32,000 bases of DNA from Ktedonobacterales bacterium. Lineage in GTDB: Bacteria; Chloroflexota; Ktedonobacteria; Ktedonobacterales; JADMIN01. Below are positions 8,581 to 16,140 of this stretch, one piece after another. Every line of letters starts with the position of its first letter. The first letter of the stretch is position 1. Under the pieces are notes generated by a model. The model ran no database searches. It was not told the origin of the DNA and saw only the letters and a program-made list of their open reading frames with translations. The stretch lies in the NCBI GenBank assembly GCA_030167145.1, contig CP126532.1, positions 600,001 to 632,000 of the forward strand, read 5' to 3'. Made by a program: the position numbers and the translations under genes.

Positions 8581-9705
8581 TCAGGTTGCGGGCGCATCGA
8601 GTGGTTCTGACGCGCTTGCCGGTTGCATCTGCTCATGCACGAGATCGCGGAAGAGCGCCAGGATGGATTGCGGGAACGCCGCCAGCCGCCGCGCATACCA
8701 GAGCGGCAGCGGTTCGGCGCGGTCGCCCGTGGCCAGGGTGGCGCGCGCGATGTCATCGGCGAGGCGGTCCAGCATGTCACTTGTCCAGTGCTCACGGTGG
8801 CCCGCCACCTGGATCTGCCAGATGGGCGTGCGTTCGCCCGCGCGCATGAAGAAGCCGAGAATGCCGCTATGATGCAGCGCGTTTGGCTCCCAGTTCGTGG
8901 CCAGATTGATATCCTCGAAGCTATAGGCCACCGTGCGTGACCCTGGCGTCACCAGCATCTCCACCAGCCGCGACATCCCCGCCTGGCGCAGACGCCGCCA
9001 CTCGCGCTGAATGAAGAGCGCGAGGTTTGCTGGTATGGCATCGGGGCTAGTCTTCGGATTATTGTTGAGCGCGGTGAAAAGCGGCGTGGCGTTCTGATTC
9101 TGGACACTGGCGACGGTCACGCCGTCGGCGCGCAGGGGATAGAGCTGTGTGAAGTGGGCACGCCAGAAGCCGTTGATGGTGTGCAGCATCTCCAGCCACT
9201 CTTCTTCCACATCTTCGATCTGCGCGCGATTGCGGTCGTCGCCGCGCGAAACAAAGATCGGCACATCCAGCAGCGTGACCCGTGGCGGAGCGTCCGCCTC
9301 TAGCACCGTGGTGAGCAGCTCGAACGCATGTTGCGCGCGTTTCCAGCGCATGCGCTGCGTGGTCTCGTAATAGTCCAGGTCGCCGATATGCACCTGGACC
9401 TGCTCGCTCGCTCCGAGGATGTCATGCTGCGCGAGGCGCAGGTGGTGCGCGTGAGCAGTCGTGCCATACAGCAGGCCACCGAATGCGGGCAGGGTCTTTG
9501 CGGCCACTGCGACGCCAGCGATATCGAGTGTCCGCGCATCCTCTTCGTGCGAAGTGAACTGGCGGACGAGGCCGCGCGCCCGCAATTCCTGGCGTAAGCG
9601 TTCCGATTGGCGCAGTTTGCCAGTCAGCGTCTTCGCGGAACCCACCACACTGAGTTCTAGCTCAGCGGCGATCTCCGTCGCGAGGGTCGTGCGCTCTTCA
9701 TCCAT
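8581..9705 (-). CDS. HerA-adjacent hypothetical protein (positional equivalent of NurA; homology not established)
   Basis: ATG at 9705 is preceded by AGAGGAAAG, and the stop lies 5 nt before the herA GTG. The segment AFELLTTVLEADAPPRVTLLDVPIFVS loosely resembles the NurA E...hhhhDG.L block, but with V in place of G. The candidate first-motif position reads IAGVAVAA, with no DGS. Confidence 0.3.
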   Translation of the reverse strand: MDEERTTLATEIAAELELSVVGSAKTLTGKLRQSERLRQELRARGLVRQFTSHEEDARTLDIAGVAVAAKTLPAFGGLLYGTTAHAHHLRLAQHDILGASEQVQVHIGDLDYYETTQRMRWKRAQHAFELLTTVLEADAPPRVTLLDVPIFVSRGDDRNRAQIEDVEEEWLEMLHTINGFWRAHFTQLYPLRADGVTVASVQNQNATPLFTALNNNPKTSPDAIPANLALFIQREWRRLRQAGMSRLVEMLVTPGSRTVAYSFEDINLATNWEPNALHHSGILGFFMRAGERTPIWQIQVAGHREHWTSDMLDRLADDIARATLATGDRAEPLPLWYARRLAAFPQSILALFRDLVHEQMQPASASEPLDAPAT

Positions 9706-9726
9706 TGCTTTCCTCTTCGCTCTGCG

Positions 9727-10698
9727 CTACGATACGCCCACATGCGGCCCGCTCAGCCGTCGAATCCGCGCTGCAAGCTGCCAGCGCGCGATATACTCCT
9801 GCGCTCGTGCTACGATCACCTGTGACACGCCGTCTATCCCCGCCAGATCACCCTGCACTACGCCATGCTCCCGCAGCCACGCCCAGCCAGCGGCGAGCGC
9901 CGTGTCATCGGCGGCCAGGCCCAGCGCGCCCGTCACATGTGCGAACGCCGTGAGCATCTCTTCTGGCGCAGCGGCCATTTTCGCATCGGAACTGCTTACT
10001 GTGCGCAGCGCGGGCGCCGCCAGCGCCAGCGCCAGCAGCGCGATGCGCGCGTGCTGCTCGCCTTCAGCCGCCAGCGCAACAGCATCTTGCGCGGAGTTCG
10101 CCGCGAGTGGCGCGCGATCCACTGGCACGGCGGTCAGCCAGTCCGTCAGCGCGCGCAGTAGCGCCGCCACACTCGCCGGATCGGTCTGCGCCGAGGCCGT
10201 GCCGAGCATCAGTGTCGTCGCCAGCAGATGGCCTTGCCGGTTGCTTGTGCGCGGCAGCGCCACGAACAGTGGCTCACCAGAGGCCGAGGCCACTAGTGGT
10301 TGCCCATGCGCGCCTGCCAGTTGCTCGCGATACAGGATGCGCAGCGGCTCCTGCGATGCCACCGCAGCGGCAAGCGGGGACATGAGCCGCACCGCATCGC
10401 GGTGTGGGGCCGGAACAACAGCGATAGCAGTGCCTGGCAACGCGATTATTCCCACCGGCCACGGCGGCACGAGACACAGGTGCGCGCCCGCTGCGATGGC
10501 AGCCGCGAGATCAAGCGAAGCGGCGCGGTCGGCGCCCAGCAGGTAGAGCGTGCCCTGAGCCGCCCGCAGCAGTTCGTCTGGCGTGGCCAGTTCGGCGGCG
10601 AAGCCCGCGCCGGCTAGCCGCTCGGCTAGCCGCCGGTCAGCAGGTCCACATTCGATGATGCGTAGTCGCTGCGCATCGCTTGCATCGCTCATCGCCAC
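9727..10698 (-). CDS. Ala-rich hypothetical protein of the cluster (N-terminal alpha/beta, flavodoxin/GATase1-like pattern is only a guess)
   Basis: GTG at 10698 lies 9 nt after GGGAG and 16 nt after the upstream stop; an alternative ATG is at 10692. It is the only long ORF here running in the same direction as the operon. I recognise no motif in it. Confidence 0.5.
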   Translation of the reverse strand: MAMSDASDAQRLRIIECGPADRRLAERLAGAGFAAELATPDELLRAAQGTLYLLGADRAASLDLAAAIAAGAHLCLVPPWPVGIIALPGTAIAVVPAPHRDAVRLMSPLAAAVASQEPLRILYREQLAGAHGQPLVASASGEPLFVALPRTSNRQGHLLATTLMLGTASAQTDPASVAALLRALTDWLTAVPVDRAPLAANSAQDAVALAAEGEQHARIALLALALAAPALRTVSSSDAKMAAAPEEMLTAFAHVTGALGLAADDTALAAGWAWLREHGVVQGDLAGIDGVSQVIVARAQEYIARWQLAARIRRLSGPHVGVS

Positions 10699-10714
10699 TG
10701 CGCCCCACTCCCGC

Positions 10715-13700
10715 CTAGAACTCCACCACCGTCCGCAGCGTGATGAGCTTGCGCTCGCTCAATGCATCTAAGACCTGTCGGCCATATCGCGTGACGATCT
10801 GCTCATCGGTCATACCCTGCCGGTGATCGTAATATATCTGCATGTAGCGCTGGAATAATTCAGCATTACCGCACAGCGCCGCGCCTTTCCCCAGTATGTC
10901 CTCGGCGTAACGTTTCAGTTCATCGCGCCCCGCCGCATAGGTCCGCGCCGTCGTCACCTGCTGACTATTGGGCGCGTTTTGCGGATTATTCAGGCGAGCT
11001 GCAAGTTTCGCGACCGCTTGATCTTGCGGCTGATCGAGTTGCGCCAGAATTTCAGCCTGAGCATCGCGCCTGGCCGCTTCGATCACCTCATGCGATGAGG
11101 CGCAACGCTTGCGTATCTCGTCGCTCTCTTTTATCAGATCCTCAATGGTGGTATCGCGTGTGTCGTTGTTGGCAATGAAGCCCTTCACGACCTCCTCGAG
11201 ATCAGCCATATCGCGCGGCAACGTGGCACCGGTGAACTTGTTGCGCACCTCTTCCGCCGTGCCCGCAAAGTAGCGCTCCAGGTCTGCCCATGCCTCGCGC
11301 ACGCCATTGTACGCGGTTGCGGCCTCCGACCACCCACTATATGCCGTGTTGTACCGCACCCACCAGCCATCGGGGTTCGTATCCTCGAGTTGGCGGCGAT
11401 ACCAGGCCAGTTTGAGCAGCACACCAGAGAGGTTGTTCGCGCCTTTGAGCACTTTCAGCGGCGACTCGTTCGCCTGCTGGCTGAGGCCAACGGGCAGCGT
11501 GTTGCCGGGGAGCGCGCCGTCGAGGTCGGCTTCCATCGCCGCCAGCAGGCCAAGCATCGGTTGTGTGGGGAAACGCTCCGCACTGCCCTGGCTCGCGCCG
11601 TAGCGCTCCACGACCTCCGCGCGGCGCGTAGCGATGCGCTCGCGCAGGTCGTGTTCCGCCTCGCCAAGATACGCTTCGAGGTCGCGCAGGAAGCTGACGC
11701 GATATTCGATACTGAACTCAATATAGCTCTGGTCGCCCGCGATGCGGTTGATGTTGTCTTGTAGGGTCTGCGGGTCAATCGCGGGCGGCTGCACGTTCTG
11801 GCCAGGCTTGCCCAGCACCTGATCCAGCGCGGCGGCAATCTCGCCAATGGCACGGGCGACCTGCTCGAACGCATCCTGGTTGACTGGTGGGAACTGCGAC
11901 AACTCAGCAAGCGGCAACTGACGCAGACTATCTTTGCGCGGAGTTAACTCGTGGTTCTTCAGCAGAATCAATTGGTCGTGATTCACGCGCAACTGCCCCG
12001 CCAGCGCCTGCACGGGCGCGCTGAGTTCGCCCACCTGCTTCGCGTAGCCGCTCTTGACGGTGTCGAATGAGCCAAGCCGCTGGAAGGCGTCATCAAACTT
12101 CGCGTCGAAGGCGCTGGCCGTGCGCGCCACATACTCGCTGACCTGGTTCGTCTCGACGACGCCTAGCTCCACCATCAGCGCCATCACCTGCTCCAGCACG
12201 CCAGCGCTGCCTGCGGGGAAGGTCTCCGCGCCGCCGGGGCGCGCATAGAATAGCTCGCTATCCAAATCGAGCGGCTTCCGCGCCTTCACCCGCAGCAGAT
12301 CGAGGATGCGCGGCATCACCGGCGGAATCAGCGCGCGCCGCCGGTCGCCTTCGCCCGCAATCAGCGCCATCGTCCTGTCGCTCTGCACCTGTTCGTAGCC
12401 TTCGAGCGCCTTCCGCACCGAGCCAGCCTCCACGCCCAACGCGGCCATTCCCCCCACGACGACCAGCTTGCGATACGCCTGCGCAAATTCGCGATACGTC
12501 GGCGTGCTGGCAGACCGTGCGGGAAAGAACGGGCGCAGTACGTAGCCCTGGATTTCCGCCGCTCTCAGCCATGATTCGAACCTATCCAGCAAGATTTGCT
12601 TGAACTCGCCTTGCAGGTCACGCCCCTTCTGGCTCACCTCGTTTGACTTGAAGCTGCCCGGCTGATCGCGCAGCGCATAGCGGATATAGAACTCCCATTC
12701 GCGGGTCTGCGGCTCGACGAGATGCGAGATCACGGAAATGGCGAGATGTTCGCTGTGGGTGTCCTTCAGATGATTTTGCCAGATCTCGCGATCCTGGGCA
12801 CGCGTGAAGAGTAGCAACACCGGCACTCGCGCACGGATCGCCCGTAGGTCGTCGGTGACGGCCTGGGGTGTCTCCCGTGCCTTCAGCAGCACCAGTTGAT
12901 TGCGCGAGGTGACGTTGAGACGTTCATGCGATTCCAGTTTGAGTGTCAGGTATGGCGCCTTCACGTCGGCAAGTTGTGGATTCACGACCACCGTGGGATT
13001 CTCAAAGAGGGTGTTGGCAACGCCACGCAACAGCCGTTCGTCATTCTTGCCGGGGTCGCGGTCAATCGTGGTGATAACCTGCTCCCAAAGGTCTTCTTTC
13101 AGCCAGTTATTGGCAGCGGCTTTGCCCCACAGGTCGTTGAAGCGTCGCAGCAGCGCCATCGTCGGCGCGATCAGCCGTGCGGTCTGGGGTACCCGATGGC
13201 GTTCGAGCAGCAGCTTGTGCATCGTGCGCACCGTGGCGGCGGAGAGATTCGCGCCGAAGCCTGGGTAGGCGAAACTGACCTGCCCCTCGAAATCCGCCGG
13301 GTCGGCATAGATCCACAGCCGCGCCGCCGCGCCTGCTGGTTCGCCATCGCGCGTCCAGGCGAAGGTACGCAGGCTGGCGAGCACCGCGGCAGGATCGAAA
13401 TTGGGGCTGCCCTCGCCAGTAAGCTGCGGTTTCCGCTCGCTGTCATAGAGACCAGTGGCCATCAACCCTGTGGTAAGCTGGTCTGCGCTAACGTCCACTA
13501 ACACTGCCTCGCCGGCAAAGCGCGTTTGGAAGGGATCCTGATAGTTCAGCAGCGCGTTCCACAACTCCGGCGCGATGCCAAGATCGGTGAGCGTCGCCGG
13601 AATCTGGTTGTAGATCACCTCGCGCATCGCGTCTTTGAGCGTAAGTGGCTGGATATCGCGGTCCTCAAACGTGCTCGGTTGGAAGACTTTGCCCGTAAGC

Positions 13701-14773
13701 TTGCACACCTCGGCGAAGATCTGGCCGATCTCTAACCGGGGATTATCTATCAGCGCGAAATGGGCCTTGTTCATGATAAAGCTGAACCAGCCGAAATTGC
13801 GGTCGGCGGCAAAGAAGGCGCGCCAGGCCAGGTCGAGCAGCGTCCCTTCCAGGGGATACCCATTGCGCTGCAGCGCGGCGATCATCTGCTCCAGGTCATC
13901 GGCGCTGGCCTTGTCGAGATCTGCCTTGAGCATACGCCGTTCGAGAGCTTCCAGATGGGCTTCGTTACGCGACGCCTCAGAATTGAAAAAGACAAAATTG
14001 AGCCGGGGATAGGCATTGGTATTGGCAGCCTCTTTGACGCCTTCGTAGAGGTCTCGCACCGCGCGCTTTGAAATAGGGCGATTGCTGAGTTCGCGGTCTC
14101 GCTCGCCAGCAAACGGGTCCGTCTCACCACCAGCTTCGACCTCATCTACTATCACCAGCAGCCGGGTAATTTGCCCCTTCGTCATCTCAGTGAATGCCTG
14201 GCTGATTCGCGCTGCGCGTTCAGGATAGCTGTAGGAGCTATCGTTAGCGATGAAGGCGAGGTGGTCGAAGTCGAAATTTGGGTCTAATTCACAGAGCGCG
14301 CCGCGTAACCCTTCAAGCAGATCGCGGTAAGACTTACGACCGCGCTCGGCATCGGCGAGATTGACAGTGGCGGCGCAGACGATCTTGCCCATGATCGTAC
14401 TGATGTCCACACCGAAGTCATCCATGAAATAGAGCACTTCCACCAGGGAGACGAACAGTGGCATGATCACACTGCCGTCCTTGGGGGACTGCAATAGAGG
14501 CTCCGCCTGATCACCATTGCTGAGTATCCAGCCGCTGCTCTGACCGCACGCCTGCGCCACCAATTCATGCGCCAGCCGCGATTTGCCGATAGCCCAGTTG
14601 CCGGAGATAGCGAGGAAGTGCGCCTCATCTTCATAGCGTATGCTACCTGTGAAATCGCGCAGGCGATAATAACAACTGTCTTGACCGATATAGGGTAAGG
14701 TAGGTGGGTATTTGGCGACGGCCTTGAAGGGGCACTTGACGCCCGCAAGTTGAACGGTGGTAGCAGTGGTCAC
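10715..14773 (-). CDS. Giant P-loop NTPase (about 1350 aa) with a KAP/STAND-like Walker A and a long helical C-terminal region
   Basis: Walker A is ISGNWAIGKSRLAHEL (about 14579-14608). Walker B is RLLVIVDEVEAGGE (about 14138-14161). The preferred start is GTG at 14773, downstream of AGGAGGAA. The ORF-track TTG start at 14890 would translate the intergenic repeat elements. Confidence 0.75.
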   Translation of the reverse strand: MTTATTVQLAGVKCPFKAVAKYPPTLPYIGQDSCYYRLRDFTGSIRYEDEAHFLAISGNWAIGKSRLAHELVAQACGQSSGWILSNGDQAEPLLQSPKDGSVIMPLFVSLVEVLYFMDDFGVDISTIMGKIVCAATVNLADAERGRKSYRDLLEGLRGALCELDPNFDFDHLAFIANDSSYSYPERAARISQAFTEMTKGQITRLLVIVDEVEAGGETDPFAGERDRELSNRPISKRAVRDLYEGVKEAANTNAYPRLNFVFFNSEASRNEAHLEALERRMLKADLDKASADDLEQMIAALQRNGYPLEGTLLDLAWRAFFAADRNFGWFSFIMNKAHFALIDNPRLEIGQIFAEVCKLTGKVFQPSTFEDRDIQPLTLKDAMREVIYNQIPATLTDLGIAPELWNALLNYQDPFQTRFAGEAVLVDVSADQLTTGLMATGLYDSERKPQLTGEGSPNFDPAAVLASLRTFAWTRDGEPAGAAARLWIYADPADFEGQVSFAYPGFGANLSAATVRTMHKLLLERHRVPQTARLIAPTMALLRRFNDLWGKAAANNWLKEDLWEQVITTIDRDPGKNDERLLRGVANTLFENPTVVVNPQLADVKAPYLTLKLESHERLNVTSRNQLVLLKARETPQAVTDDLRAIRARVPVLLLFTRAQDREIWQNHLKDTHSEHLAISVISHLVEPQTREWEFYIRYALRDQPGSFKSNEVSQKGRDLQGEFKQILLDRFESWLRAAEIQGYVLRPFFPARSASTPTYREFAQAYRKLVVVGGMAALGVEAGSVRKALEGYEQVQSDRTMALIAGEGDRRRALIPPVMPRILDLLRVKARKPLDLDSELFYARPGGAETFPAGSAGVLEQVMALMVELGVVETNQVSEYVARTASAFDAKFDDAFQRLGSFDTVKSGYAKQVGELSAPVQALAGQLRVNHDQLILLKNHELTPRKDSLRQLPLAELSQFPPVNQDAFEQVARAIGEIAAALDQVLGKPGQNVQPPAIDPQTLQDNINRIAGDQSYIEFSIEYRVSFLRDLEAYLGEAEHDLRERIATRRAEVVERYGASQGSAERFPTQPMLGLLAAMEADLDGALPGNTLPVGLSQQANESPLKVLKGANNLSGVLLKLAWYRRQLEDTNPDGWWVRYNTAYSGWSEAATAYNGVREAWADLERYFAGTAEEVRNKFTGATLPRDMADLEEVVKGFIANNDTRDTTIEDLIKESDEIRKRCASSHEVIEAARRDAQAEILAQLDQPQDQAVAKLAARLNNPQNAPNSQQVTTARTYAAGRDELKRYAEDILGKGAALCGNAELFQRYMQIYYDHRQGMTDEQIVTRYGRQVLDALSERKLITLRTVVEF

Positions 14774-14827
14774 GGTGGGTGCTTCCTCCTGAAACTTCAG
14801 ATACGACCTTATCAGTGCCAGATGGAT

Positions 14828-14933
14828 GGGCAGGCATTCCTGTCCGCCATCCCCTAAGTGGGGCAGACATTCCTGTCTGCCTGCGGACAAAAAGTGTCCG
14901 CGCTATCAGCGTCCAGCGGACACCCCTACGTGG
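14828..14933 (-). promoter_or_regulatory. Repeat- and palindrome-rich intra-operon spacer upstream of the NTPase gene
   Basis: On the plus strand there are four elements. GGGCAGGCATTCCTGTCCGCC (14828-14848) and GGGCAGACATTCCTGTCTGCC (14861-14881) are direct repeats, and the second is a perfect 8-bp-arm palindrome (GGCAGACA-TTCC-TGTCTGCC). A hairpin GCGGACA-AAAAG-TGTCCGC lies at 14883-14901. CCCCTAAGTGGGG (14851-14863) is echoed by CCCCTACGTGG (14923-14933). Confidence 0.45.
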
Positions 14934-16140
14934 CGAAACGAAACTCGACGCGCTCCATAGTGAGATCGCCGAAGAGACAATCGGACGGCCCGGCCTGCGC
15001 ATGGAAGGTCAGTCCAATACCAAGCTTGCCCACATCCGGCCGCAGATAGTAGGCGACCTGCCGGTTGAAGTAATCCACGCGGTCCCCTGGCGGGATATCC
15101 AGTTCGTCGCAGACATAGTCGCGGATCGTCACGATATGCACCATCCCTTCAGGGTCGCTCAACTTCTCATACGTCGCGCGCAGCGAATTTAGGAAACGCA
15201 TCTCTGCTTCTCCCCCAAACAGGTCCGCCACCAGCGACGGATCAAACATCTCTTCGCAGCGTTCCCGGTCCAGCGTCCAGCCCTGCCGGTGCGGCAGATA
15301 CATCAGCGCGCCGATGTCGCGATACAACGTCAGCGCCTGCTTCATGTGTAATTTTAGGTCATTGCCCGATGGCTCTTTCTTCGCATTCAAGGCGTCTCTT
15401 CCGCCCTCAAAGCATACATTCTCTGGTACGCAAACATCCGCACGCTCGATGCGCTCGCGCAAGAACGGCCCGAGAATTACGTATGGCTCGCACTGGAGCA
15501 ACAGCGTAAAGCTATAAGCAGGCGTTCCGCCTTTGCTATAGCCGAAGAGGTCAGTTTCCTCGCCTTCCTTACCGCGCAGCGCGGTAGTCTTCCCCTTGGG
15601 AAAGAACGCCTCTTCTGAGGAACCGCCCTCGAAGGTCAGTAAGCAGTTCCACCGCGCCAGGTGCAGCAGCACGCAGCGCACGCGCACGTCGTTGCGCGCC
15701 AGGATGACCGCGAAGACGCGCTTCCAGTTGTTGCTAGAGCGATCAGTGGAATACGCATGCGCCAGCGCCAGCCCGTCGCCGGTGATACAATATGCGCCCG
15801 ATGAATCGCCCACCTCCTCGAAAAGGCCAACTCCCTCGATGGTTATTTCCTGGTACTCACGATTTATCCGAAGGCTCAGGATAGACGTCAACCAACTCTT
15901 TCCCATTGGTTCATTGCGGTGTCCGTCGCTCTCGCCAAAAATCTCTTCGACGATCTCTTTCTTCGTATACCTGTGCCCCGATTCCGCACGTTGCAAGTAG
16001 TACGGCCAGCGCGCGGCGCTCTGCTGCCACGAGAACACCTTGTTCAGCCGCACGATCAGCGGGTCCGGGCGCAGCACGTCATGTGCGGGCGTCACCGCGT
16101 CGTCGAGTTGCATCTGCGTATATTTGTCGGTGGTCGTCAT
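14926..16140 (-). CDS. Hypothetical protein (404 aa), compositionally atypical member of the cluster
   Basis: ATG at 16140 overlaps the upstream stop in an ATGA junction. No motif was recognised, apart from possible wHTH-like segments such as VFAVILARNDVRVRCVLLHLAR. G+C is lower than in the neighbours: my hand count of 15301-15420 gives 62/120, against 44/60 for 16501-16560. Confidence 0.6.
   Translation of the reverse strand: MTTTDKYTQMQLDDAVTPAHDVLRPDPLIVRLNKVFSWQQSAARWPYYLQRAESGHRYTKKEIVEEIFGESDGHRNEPMGKSWLTSILSLRINREYQEITIEGVGLFEEVGDSSGAYCITGDGLALAHAYSTDRSSNNWKRVFAVILARNDVRVRCVLLHLARWNCLLTFEGGSSEEAFFPKGKTTALRGKEGEETDLFGYSKGGTPAYSFTLLLQCEPYVILGPFLRERIERADVCVPENVCFEGGRDALNAKKEPSGNDLKLHMKQALTLYRDIGALMYLPHRQGWTLDRERCEEMFDPSLVADLFGGEAEMRFLNSLRATYEKLSDPEGMVHIVTIRDYVCDELDIPPGDRVDYFNRQVAYYLRPDVGKLGIGLTFHAQAGPSDCLFGDLTMERVEFRFAT

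Noticed and set aside
14774-14890. N-terminal extension of the NTPase from the TTG at 14890 (MSAGRQECLPHLGDGGQECLP...)
   Set aside because: The extension is encoded by the intergenic direct repeats and palindromes and has no RBS. A GTG at 14773 with an AGGAGGAA Shine-Dalgarno lies downstream and precedes all of the protein's recognisable motifs (Walker A and B).
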